Assembly (NCBI GenBank): GCA_033762915.1 | Contig: JANRLD010000002.1 | Coordinates: forward strand, 1-64,000 | Direction: 5' to 3' | DNA: 64,000 bases | DNA from: Meiothermus sp. | GTDB lineage: Bacteria > Deinococcota > Deinococci > Deinococcales > Thermaceae | Shown here: one piece after another, positions 1-8,296 of the stretch | How the letters are laid out: the number at the start of each line of letters is the position of its first letter | Position numbering within the stretch: the first letter of the stretch is position 1 | Translations under genes and position numbers: made by a program | The notes under the pieces: generated by a model | What the model was told of the DNA's origin: nothing | Seen by the model: the letters and a program-made list of their open reading frames with translations, nothing else | The model's database searches: none

Positions 1-2147
1 CCCCCGACCCCCGGCCCCCGACCGACGGCCCTGTCGAGAACATCTCCTTCGACTCCCCCGTCGAAGCCCTCAGCCCCGGTCCGGCCGGGAAGAAGAAGCT
101 GGCCGAGCTGGGGATTCGCACGGTGCGCGACCTGCTGCACGGCTACCCGAGGCGCTACGAAGACCGGCGGACCCTCACCGGGATTCGGGAGGTGGAGGAG
201 GGGCAGAAGGCCACGCTGATTGCCAAGGTGCTGAGCCGGGAGCTGGTCAAGACGCCCAGGAAGGGCTTGCAGATGGTGCAGGTGCGCTTCATGGACGCCT
301 GGGGGTGGAAGTTCACCGGGGTTTGGTTCAACCAGCCCTGGGTGCTCAAGCAGATGCCGGAGGGCTCGAGCATCCTGGTCTCGGGCCGGGTGCAGAAGCG
401 CGGCGGCAACTACTCGATGCAGGTCGAGTATTTCGAGGACGAAGGCGCGGAGTCGCTGTCGACCGGGCGCATCGTGCCGGTCTACCCGACCAAGGAGGGC
501 ATTAGCCAGGCGTTCTTGCGCCGGACGGCCTGGCGGGGCCTGGAGGCGTTCGCCCAGATTCCCGACATGCTCAAGGGCGTCCGGGGGGTGCCCTCCAAGG
601 TTAAGGTCGAGATCAAGTCGGAGGACGGCAGCGTTCGTCCCTCAACTTTCCACTTTCACTCACTCGACACCGCACTGCGCCAGGCCCACTTCCCCGACTC
701 GCTAGAGCTGCTCGAGCAGGCCCTCTACCGCCTCAAGTTCGACGAGTTCTTGCTGCTGGAGCTGAAGGTCATGATCCAGTCGGGCGGCTCGGCACTCTTG
801 GGCCGTACCTTCCGGGTCGAGCCGGAGATGATGCAGAAGTTCCGCGGCGTGCTGCCCTTCCAACTCACCGGGGCGCAGGAACGGGTGCTCGACGAGATCC
901 TGGCCGACATGCAGTCTGAGAAGCAGATGGCCCGGCTGGTGCAAGGCGACGTGGGCTCGGGCAAGACCGCGGTGGCGGCGGCGGCGCTCTACGTTGCGGC
1001 CCGCAACGGCGCCCAGGGTGCCTTAATGGCCCCCACCGAGATCCTGGCCAAACAGCACTTCGCCAACCTGACCAAGTACCTCTACCCGCTGGGCGTGGGG
1101 GTAGACCTGCTGGTGGGCTCGATGAGCGCGGCGGAGAAGCGCGAGGTGGTCTCGAGGCTGATGGCCAGCCAGACCCACGTGGTGGTGGGGACCCACGCGC
1201 TGATCCAGAGCGGGGTAGAGTTCCGCGACCTGGGGCTGGCGGTCATCGACGAGGAGCACCGCTTCGGGGTGATGCAACGGCGCAAGCTGCTGGGGCAGCG
1301 GCCGGACGTTCTGGTGATGTCGGCTACCCCGATTCCCCGCTCGCTGGCGCTGACCCTATACGGCGACCTCGAGGTCTCCCAGATCGACGAACTCCCGCCG
1401 GGCCGCATCCCCATCAAGAGCAAGCTGCTCACCCACAAGACCCGCCTCCAGGCCTACGCCTTCGCACGGCAGGAGATTAAGAAGGGCCACCAGGTCTTCG
1501 TGGTCACGCCCATGATCGAGGAAAGCGAGGCCGAGGGGATGAACGAGCTGGCGGCGGCCACCGCGCTCAGGGACGAGCTCGAGGCCATCCTCCCCGACGT
1601 GAGGATTGACCTGCTGCACGGCAAGATGAGGGCGGACGAGAAAGACTATGTGATGGAGCGCTTCGGGGGCGGGCACTTCGACTTGCTGGTCTCCACCACC
1701 GTGATCGAGGTGGGTGTGGACATCCCCAACGCCACCGTGATGGTCATCGAGAACGCCGAGCGCTTCGGGCTGGCCCAGCTTCACCAGCTGCGCGGGCGGG
1801 TGGGGCGCGGAGGCCTCGAGGCCTTCTGCATCCTGATCGCGGGCGAGACCTCCAAGCGCACCATGAGCCGTCTGCGGGTCATCGAGGAGTCGACCGACGG
1901 CTTCTACATTGCCGAGAAGGACCTCGAGCTGCGCGGCCCCGGCGAGCTGCGCGGGGTGCGCCAGTCGGGGATGCCCGACCTGCGGCTGGGCGACCTGGCC
2001 TCCGACCAAGAAATTATCGAGGTCAGCCGTGAGCTGGCCAAGAAGATTCTCGAGCGCGACCCCTACCTCGACCTCCCCGAGCACGCCCTGCTCCGACGCG
2101 AGCTACAGGCCCGGGCCGAGGCCATCGGGTTTAGAGAAGTGATTTGA
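1..2147 (+). CDS. recG: ATP-dependent DNA helicase RecG (5' end lies upstream of the window)
   Basis: QGDVGSGKT Walker A, DEEHRFG, SATPIPRSL, QLHQLRGRVGRG and DLELRGPGE motifs; frame stays open from base 3 (…GKKKLAELGIRTVRDLL…), so the true start is outside the window. Confidence 0.97.
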   Translation, partial: PDPRPPTDGPVENISFDSPVEALSPGPAGKKKLAELGIRTVRDLLHGYPRRYEDRRTLTGIREVEEGQKATLIAKVLSRELVKTPRKGLQMVQVRFMDAWGWKFTGVWFNQPWVLKQMPEGSSILVSGRVQKRGGNYSMQVEYFEDEGAESLSTGRIVPVYPTKEGISQAFLRRTAWRGLEAFAQIPDMLKGVRGVPSKVKVEIKSEDGSVRPSTFHFHSLDTALRQAHFPDSLELLEQALYRLKFDEFLLLELKVMIQSGGSALLGRTFRVEPEMMQKFRGVLPFQLTGAQERVLDEILADMQSEKQMARLVQGDVGSGKTAVAAAALYVAARNGAQGALMAPTEILAKQHFANLTKYLYPLGVGVDLLVGSMSAAEKREVVSRLMASQTHVVVGTHALIQSGVEFRDLGLAVIDEEHRFGVMQRRKLLGQRPDVLVMSATPIPRSLALTLYGDLEVSQIDELPPGRIPIKSKLLTHKTRLQAYAFARQEIKKGHQVFVVTPMIEESEAEGMNELAAATALRDELEAILPDVRIDLLHGKMRADEKDYVMERFGGGHFDLLVSTTVIEVGVDIPNATVMVIENAERFGLAQLHQLRGRVGRGGLEAFCILIAGETSKRTMSRLRVIEESTDGFYIAEKDLELRGPGELRGVRQSGMPDLRLGDLASDQEIIEVSRELAKKILERDPYLDLPEHALLRRELQARAEAIGFREVI

Positions 2148-2167
2148 CGATTCCCCGAACCACAAAG

Positions 2168-2258
2168 CTGTGTCCAGGTCGCCAACTCCCGCAGGAAATT
2201 GCGTCAAGAGCGCAACGGTTGCCCCCACTGACCTCGCAGACTCAACCTGGCCCAACTC
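2168..2258 (-). repeat. Degenerate copy of palindromic element family C, abutting the SDR stop codon
   Basis: Minus strand AGTTGGGCCAGGTTGAGTCTGCGA resembles the AGTTGCGCCACAGTTGAGATTGCGA end of the 52180-52300 copy. Confidence 0.5.
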
Positions 2259-3003
2259 ACCGCCCGCCCGCCACGTCCAGGAGCGCCCCGGTCACGTAGG
2301 AGGCGGCGTCGGAGAGCAGCCAGACGATGCACTCGGCCACCTCCTCGGCGGTGCCGCTGCGCCGCACGGGCAGCAGCGGAGCCAGGCGGTCGGCTCGGCC
2401 TGGCTCGCCGCCCCGCGCGTGGATCTCGGTGTGGATGATGCCGGGGCGCACCGCGTTGACCCGGATTCCCTCGGCGGCGACCTCCTTGGACAGCCCCAGG
2501 GTCAGGGTGTCTATGGCCCCCTTGGAGGCCGCATAGTCTATGTACTCGTTCGGCGAGCCGAGCCTCGAGGCCGCCGAGGAGACGTTGACGATGGCGCCGC
2601 CCGACCCGCCGTTTCGGGCGGACATCCGCCGCACCGCCTCGCGGGCGCACAGGAACGAGCCCAAAATGTTGGTGTCGAAGACTGCCCGCATCCGCCCCAG
2701 GCTCATCTGCTCGAGGCGCATCTGCTGCTCCAGGATGCCCGCGTTGTTGACCAGGTGGGTCAGCCGACCCAACTCCGCGTCTACCGTCTCGAACATCCGC
2801 AAGACCTCGGCCTCGAGCGCCACGTCGGCCTGAACCGCGATGGCCCGGGCGCCCGCCGCCTCGAGCTCGGCTACCACTGCCTGGGCCGCCGCCGCGTTGC
2901 GCTGGTAGTTCACCGCGATCGCGTATCCCTGGGCCGCCGCCAGCCGCGCCGTGGCCGCCCCGATGCCCCGGCTCCCGCCCGTGATGAGCAGCACTTTACC
3001 CAC
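2257..3003 (-). CDS. Short-chain dehydrogenase/reductase (SDR)
   Basis: TGGSRGIG, NNAG, YAASK, NAVRPG motifs. Confidence 0.95.
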   Translation of the reverse strand: MGKVLLITGGSRGIGAATARLAAAQGYAIAVNYQRNAAAAQAVVAELEAAGARAIAVQADVALEAEVLRMFETVDAELGRLTHLVNNAGILEQQMRLEQMSLGRMRAVFDTNILGSFLCAREAVRRMSARNGGSGGAIVNVSSAASRLGSPNEYIDYAASKGAIDTLTLGLSKEVAAEGIRVNAVRPGIIHTEIHARGGEPGRADRLAPLLPVRRSGTAEEVAECIVWLLSDAASYVTGALLDVAGGR

Positions 3004-3224
3004 AGCAATACTCTACGGCAGCAGGGAGGGGCGGGGAGACGGCAGGCCGGGGCCGGGAGTTGTGCGCGGGCACTGGCTCGAGGGCCAAGGGGCGTCAGGG
3101 TCGGGCCGGAAGTCCTGAACACCGACGGCTTTTCGCCGTAGGGCTCGCCGCTCATCGCCCCCCACCCCGTCTCTCCATCCTCATCTCTTCATCCTCCCCT
3201 CAAACGCAGGGGTAGATTAAGCCC

Positions 3225-3638
3225 ATGAACCCCAACCTGCGCTGGGCGATTGCCGCCGCGTTGCTGCTGTTCCTAGGGGTTCAGCTCTTCCTGCGGCCCC
3301 AGCAGGCACCGCCGGCGCAGGGCGGCTCGAGCCTGGTGATAAAAGACCAAACCATCCGCGCCGAGGACGGGCGGGTGGTCTACCGGGGCGACATAGACCT
3401 GGCCCCGGCTCTGGCCCGCATCGAGCGTGGCGAGCGCGACCCCCACCGCAACGACGGCAGCGTCCACCGCAATCGCGAGGGCAGGCTCCCCCGCCAGGCC
3501 GACCGCGACTACTACCGCGAGTACGTCGTGCGCACCCCCGGCCTGCGCTCGGTGGGGCCGCAGCGCTTGGTGATTGGGAAAAACGGCGAGACCTACTACA
3601 CGCCGGACCACTATCAGAGTTTCGTGCGGGTGAGGTAG
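3225..3638 (+). CDS. Exported barnase/RNase Sa-like ribonuclease
   Basis: N-terminal hydrophobic segment; NREGRLP, YYREY, QRLVIG, YYTPDHY motifs typical of microbial RNases; TAGATT 7 nt before the ATG. Confidence 0.88.
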   Translation: MNPNLRWAIAAALLLFLGVQLFLRPQQAPPAQGGSSLVIKDQTIRAEDGRVVYRGDIDLAPALARIERGERDPHRNDGSVHRNREGRLPRQADRDYYREYVVRTPGLRSVGPQRLVIGKNGETYYTPDHYQSFVRVR

Positions 3639-3693
3639 GGCGCGGGGCGGTAGCTGGCCTGCCAGGCGCCGGACGCCACGTCCAAGGATTCCT

Positions 3694-4083
3694 ATGATTG
3701 ACCCGATTGTTCAGTCCGACCAAACCCTGCTCGAGGTGCCCCGCGCCGCGCTAGAGGGCGTGGTGAGGGAACTCGAGCGGGACGGCTACTTTGTCGCGGT
3801 GGTAGACCGCGCCCCGGTTTTTAACCAGGAGACCCTGATGCATGCGCTCTATCAGAGCTGTAGGTTCCCGGCCTATTTCGGCTTCAACTGGGACGCCGTG
3901 GCCGACTGCCTGACCGATTTCTCCTGGGCCGAGGGCAAGGGCTACTTCCTGGTCTTCAACGACTGGCCCCTGCTGCAAAGCGAGGCCCCGGACGAAGCGA
4001 GGACGCTGCTCGAGATCGCCGCCGACGCGGGGCGCGTCTGGGCTGAGGAGGGCAAGGTGCTGCGGGTGCTGGCAGCAGCCTGA
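3694..4083 (+). CDS. Barstar-family ribonuclease inhibitor
   Basis: FPAYFGFNWDAVADCLTD barstar signature; directly downstream of the RNase. Confidence 0.9.
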   Translation: MIDPIVQSDQTLLEVPRAALEGVVRELERDGYFVAVVDRAPVFNQETLMHALYQSCRFPAYFGFNWDAVADCLTDFSWAEGKGYFLVFNDWPLLQSEAPDEARTLLEIAADAGRVWAEEGKVLRVLAAA

Positions 4084-4098
4084 GAGCGGTTCCCCCGA
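4083..4098 (+). repeat. Isolated end of MITE-like family A overlapping the barstar stop codon
   Basis: AGAGCGGTTCCC identical to the family terminal repeat. Confidence 0.5.
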
Positions 4099-4117
4099 AT
4101 GTTCTGCAGCACTATCG

Positions 4118-4699
4118 CTAGTCCTTCGGCTCCCCCAGCACCGCCGCCACCAGGCGGCCCGGCCCGTGGACGCCCTTGACCATGATCTGGCCGATGTCCG
4201 CCGACTTGCTGGGTCCGGAGTGGAGGCCCACGGCGGCGGGGAGGTCGGCCTTGAGGACCTGCAGGGCCTCGAGCAGGGTGCCGTAGATTTTCTCCTGGGG
4301 AACAAACACCAGGTGCGAGGGCGGCAGAAGCTGGGTGCGCCGTCCCTCGCGGCTGCTCAGCAGCACGGTTCCGGTCTCGGCGACAGCGCCCAAGGCCCAG
4401 GAGATGCCCAGCGGGGCCTCCTCGGGAGGCTGGTCGGGCAGGCCGGGGTGTAGGGCGGGCGGCACCATGCGGCTCACCGCGACCCCGCCGAACCCCTTGG
4501 CAAACCCCTCGAGCCAGGCCCTGGCGGCCTCTAGGTCGGCCAGCCGCACCACTTCCCCGCCCGTCCCGATCAGCCGCTCGCGAAACAGCTCGAACGCCTC
4601 CTCACTCGACAACCCCGGCAGCACCAGCGGCTCGGGCAACTCGGTCTTGGGGCGGTGCTCAAGGGCGCGGTGGATGCGCGAAAGGATGCGGTCTCGCAT
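4118..4699 (-). CDS. lutC: Lactate utilization protein C (LUD domain)
   Basis: AETGT and SGPSKSADI…GVHGP motifs; ATG 4699 preceded by TATACT-N6 (leaderless layout). Confidence 0.9.
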   Translation of the reverse strand: MRDRILSRIHRALEHRPKTELPEPLVLPGLSSEEAFELFRERLIGTGGEVVRLADLEAARAWLEGFAKGFGGVAVSRMVPPALHPGLPDQPPEEAPLGISWALGAVAETGTVLLSSREGRRTQLLPPSHLVFVPQEKIYGTLLEALQVLKADLPAAVGLHSGPSKSADIGQIMVKGVHGPGRLVAAVLGEPKD

Positions 4700-4727
4700 G
4701 CACAGAGTATAGGGCAGCCGCTCAGAA

Positions 4728-6131
4728 TCAGAAGCAGTCATACTCCGGCCAGCCCACCACTGCGCTGGCGGCGTTCTCGAGCGACTGCCTCAGCTCGGCG
4801 ATGAATCGCCAGTCGTAGTAGGGTCGGCTGTTGAAGAGGGCAGCGATGGTGGCTCCGTTGGACAGGCGAAGGAGCAGGGTGCGGGTTCCGGCGAAGGTGC
4901 CGTCGTGGCTCCACTCGAGGCCGCCGACGCCCAGTTGGTTCATGCGCCCGACGATCTGCTGGGGCTGGAGGCGGCGCGGGGCGGCCGGGGTGGCGGTGCC
5001 GTTGCCGTGCTGCGACTCGGCCAGCATGGCCTTGACCTCGGCCTGGGGCACCCGCACACCCCAGCCCAGCGCGTAGTAGCGGCTCGAGTTGGCGTAGGCC
5101 GGCAGGGCCGGACGATGCAGCATGACCTCCAGGGCCTCACGGGAGACGGGTGGGGCCACCTCCGATCGCAGCCCCTCGAGGCTCGCCACGAAGTGCACCA
5201 GCGCCGGGGCCGAGGCCAGCAGCCCGCCCGCCGCGTCGAGCTGCTCGAGGTAGATCTCGCCGTAAGGGCGGGAGGTCTGGCTGCCGTCCACGATCGACTT
5301 GACCGGCGGTGCGCCCGCCCAGTCGTAGTAGCGCACCTCGCCCGGCTGGCGAAGCTGCAAGGCGGTGCGGGCCAGCCCGACCTCGGTGATGCCGAGGTCG
5401 GCCATCATCCCCTGCACGTATTCGCCGTAGCCCTTCCCGCTCACCCTCTCGATGACCCGCCCCAGGGCCAGGTAGCCGACGTTGGAGTAGACCGAGCGGG
5501 TGCCGGGGGCGAAGTTGAGGCGCCGACTGAGCCCGAAAGCCACCAGAGCCCTGGGGCTCATGCTTTCGGGCATTCCGGTGGCCTTGGCGACGCGGGTGAG
5601 GGTGGGGCGGAAGGGGAGGTCGCCCGCGAGGTTGCGGTTCCAGCCGCCGGAGTGTTGTAGCAGGTCGCGCACGGTGATGTTACGTACTCGAGGATCATTC
5701 AGCCGCCCCCCGAAGGGTGTAACGCCGGCCAGGTTCAGGGCCTTCTCGCCCAGGAAGCTCTCGAGGTTCGGGTACACCCCCTGCGCCACCAGGCCCTCGC
5801 CCAAATGGAGCACCGCCACCGCCGTGATCGGCTTGCTCAGGCTGGCCAGCCGGAACAGCGCGTCTGGCGCCACCCGCTGACGCGCCGCCACGTCGGCCCA
5901 GCCGTAGCCCCTCGAGAGCACCAGCCGCCCGTCCTTGGCCACCGCCAGCGCTGCCCCCGGAATCTTGTAACGCCCCAAGACGCGGGCCATCACCCGGTCG
6001 AAGGGCTCGAGGGCGCCGCCGCCGTAGCCGGTCACGGGCCTACCGCCCAGGGCGAAGGGCGGGGCCGAGACACAAGTTTGGGCCACCGCGGCACAGTGCA
6101 GGACCACGGTCAGCAAGGCGAAACGGAGCAT
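4728..6131 (-). CDS. Secreted serine hydrolase, class C beta-lactamase/AmpC-like
   Basis: Signal-peptide-like N-terminus; SLSK (SxxK), LLQHSGG, YSN, HDG motifs. Confidence 0.85.
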   Translation of the reverse strand: MLRFALLTVVLHCAAVAQTCVSAPPFALGGRPVTGYGGGALEPFDRVMARVLGRYKIPGAALAVAKDGRLVLSRGYGWADVAARQRVAPDALFRLASLSKPITAVAVLHLGEGLVAQGVYPNLESFLGEKALNLAGVTPFGGRLNDPRVRNITVRDLLQHSGGWNRNLAGDLPFRPTLTRVAKATGMPESMSPRALVAFGLSRRLNFAPGTRSVYSNVGYLALGRVIERVSGKGYGEYVQGMMADLGITEVGLARTALQLRQPGEVRYYDWAGAPPVKSIVDGSQTSRPYGEIYLEQLDAAGGLLASAPALVHFVASLEGLRSEVAPPVSREALEVMLHRPALPAYANSSRYYALGWGVRVPQAEVKAMLAESQHGNGTATPAAPRRLQPQQIVGRMNQLGVGGLEWSHDGTFAGTRTLLLRLSNGATIAALFNSRPYYDWRFIAELRQSLENAASAVVGWPEYDCF

Positions 6132-6330
6132 GGCTTAGGGTAACACTGGGGCCTGGGATTTCTACGCAGATCTAAGCAGGGTGGGCGGTGCCTCGAGGGC
6201 AACCAGTCTGTCAACTGGTCCGCAGTTAATGTAACAAATAACGCCCGTAACGCATTAAATATAACCGTGTACTGGAGAGATTCGCCGGCCATAGTTAAGG
6301 CAGACCGGGGCAAACCCCCTCGAGGTGCAT

Positions 6331-8199
6331 GTGGCCGAAGCTCGTCTTTCTCCTACGTCCGAAACCGCTGAAACCACCGAATCCTTTGGGGTCATCCGCA
6401 GCCACCTGGCCGCCGACCCCGAGGAGGCCCTGCGGCTGGCCCAAGAGCTGCTCGACAACCTGCGATACTCCCTGCCCGATCACGCCGAGGTGACCCTGCT
6501 GGTGGCCCTGGCCGAATACGAGTTGGGCAACCTGGTGTCCGCCAAGGGGCACGCCCTGGCGGCCCTTAAGGTCTGGGAACTGGCCTCCTTCCCGGATCAG
6601 CACCTCGAGACGCTGTTGCTGCTGGGCCGGGTCTGCCGCGACCTCTCCGAACTCCAGGAGGCCAGGCGCTACCTGGAAAAAGCCCTCGAGCTGTCCCGGC
6701 GTATCCAAGACCTGGAGAGCGAGGCCAAGGCCCTTAACCAACTGGCCGGATTTCTGAGCATCCAGGGGCATTTGTCCGAGGCACTCAGGTATCTCGAATC
6801 GGCCCTGGAGCGATACCGGCAGTGCGGTAATCTTAAGGGCCAGGCGAACGTTCTCAACAACCTTGGCGTTACCCACCGTCGGCTCGGCGATTATCCGATA
6901 GCGCTCGAGTATGCTTTCGAGGCCTTGCGCCTGTGCAAAGACGGCGACCTCGGGGTTCGCCTCGAGCTCACCTGTTTGAACAACATTGGCATGGTTTACG
7001 AGGAGACCCAAAACTACACCAAAGCCATCGAACACTACGTGCAAGCCTGTCAACAGAGCAAACTGAACTGCCTCTATACCGTTGAGCTTTCTAGCACGCT
7101 TAATGTCGGGTTTACCTACCTCAAGCAGCAGAACTTGGCTCAGTCCCAGGCGTACTTCACTTATAGCCTAAAGTTGGCGCAGCAGACAGGTAGCAAAGCA
7201 AACACGGTAGTCGCCTTGGACGGACTGGGGAGGGTTGAGCACCAGCGCAATAACCTACCTGCCGCCCTGGACCACTACCAATCGGCCTACGCCCTGGCGA
7301 CCGAGATCGGGGATTCAGAGCAGCAGCCGACCCTTTGTGTGCAGCTAGGACACTGCTACTTGGCACTTGGGAAACTAGAGGAAGCCCTCGAATGCGCCCA
7401 AAAGTCCCTGGGTTTGGCGAAGAGCATCGGTCAGAAAAAAACTTTGGCGGAGGCCCAGTGGCTGTTGGCGGACATCTACGAGCAACTCTGTCAGCATCAG
7501 GAAGCCAACCGGCATTTGCGCGAGGCCTACAAGCTCGAGAATGAGCTGCTTAACCAAGAGACCCAGCAGATGAACCGCAACCTGGCGCACAAGTTCGAGC
7601 TCGAGCGGGTGCGCAACGAGGAACTGGGTCGCAGCCAGAGCGAGATGGTCTACCGGCTGGCCCTGGCGGCCGAGTACCGCGACGACAACACCGGCGAGCA
7701 CATCCAGCGCGTGGGAGACATGGCCGCGCAGATCGCCCGGGAGCTGGGCTGGTCGAAGGCCAGGACCGACATCCTGCGCCAGGCTGCCACCCTGCACGAC
7801 ATCGGCAAGATCGCCATCTCCGACACCATCCTGCTCAAGCCCGGCAAGCTGACCCCCGAGGAGTACGACGTAGTCAAGACCCACACTACCCTGGGGGCCG
7901 AAATCCTGGGCGACGGACGCTCCGAGCTGCTGCGTGTGGCCGAGCAGATCGCCCGCAGCCACCACGAGCGCTGGGACGGCAAAGGCTACCCTCAGGGTTT
8001 GGCTGGGGAGGATATCCCCGAGGCCGGGCGGATTGTGGCGGTGGCCGACGTGCTAGACGCGCTCACCAGCGAGCGCCCCTACAAGCGGGCCTGGACGCTC
8101 AGCGAGGCCATTGAGGAAATCCAGAAAAGCGCGGGCACCCAGTTCGACCCGAGGGTGGTGGCGGCCTGCATGAGGGTTCTGAGCAACAAGGTCGGATGA
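6331..8199 (+). CDS. Cytoplasmic multi-TPR + HD-GYP phosphodiesterase-domain protein
   Basis: Repeated TPR motifs (ALNQLAG, VLNNLG, CLNNIG…A…Y…AL); C-terminal EYRDDNTGEH, LHDIGK, HHERWDGKGYP, ADVLDALTSERPYK; no TM segment seen; GTG 6331 follows GAGG (track start 6325). Confidence 0.92.
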   Translation: MAEARLSPTSETAETTESFGVIRSHLAADPEEALRLAQELLDNLRYSLPDHAEVTLLVALAEYELGNLVSAKGHALAALKVWELASFPDQHLETLLLLGRVCRDLSELQEARRYLEKALELSRRIQDLESEAKALNQLAGFLSIQGHLSEALRYLESALERYRQCGNLKGQANVLNNLGVTHRRLGDYPIALEYAFEALRLCKDGDLGVRLELTCLNNIGMVYEETQNYTKAIEHYVQACQQSKLNCLYTVELSSTLNVGFTYLKQQNLAQSQAYFTYSLKLAQQTGSKANTVVALDGLGRVEHQRNNLPAALDHYQSAYALATEIGDSEQQPTLCVQLGHCYLALGKLEEALECAQKSLGLAKSIGQKKTLAEAQWLLADIYEQLCQHQEANRHLREAYKLENELLNQETQQMNRNLAHKFELERVRNEELGRSQSEMVYRLALAAEYRDDNTGEHIQRVGDMAAQIARELGWSKARTDILRQAATLHDIGKIAISDTILLKPGKLTPEEYDVVKTHTTLGAEILGDGRSELLRVAEQIARSHHERWDGKGYPQGLAGEDIPEAGRIVAVADVLDALTSERPYKRAWTLSEAIEEIQKSAGTQFDPRVVAACMRVLSNKVG

Positions 8200-8224
8200 G
8201 TAACGGCGGCCGGTTGAGTTACGG
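8200..8224. promoter_or_regulatory. Candidate operator GTAAC-N13-GTTACGG upstream of the S8 peptidase
   Basis: GTAAC 8200-8204 and GTTAC 8218-8222; same arms and spacing recur at 9963-9987. Confidence 0.6.
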
Positions 8225-8296
8225 TCGGTTTCTACTTTTGTACCAAAACCCTTGTTTAGATTAAGACTTGTAAGGTCTGACGGCAGGGGGAACTTA

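Noticed and set aside
6290..6330. c-di-GMP riboswitch ahead of the HD-GYP gene (GGCAAAC seen)
   Set aside because: The rest of the class I aptamer (GNRA-capped stem, GCAAAGC, second stem) is missing
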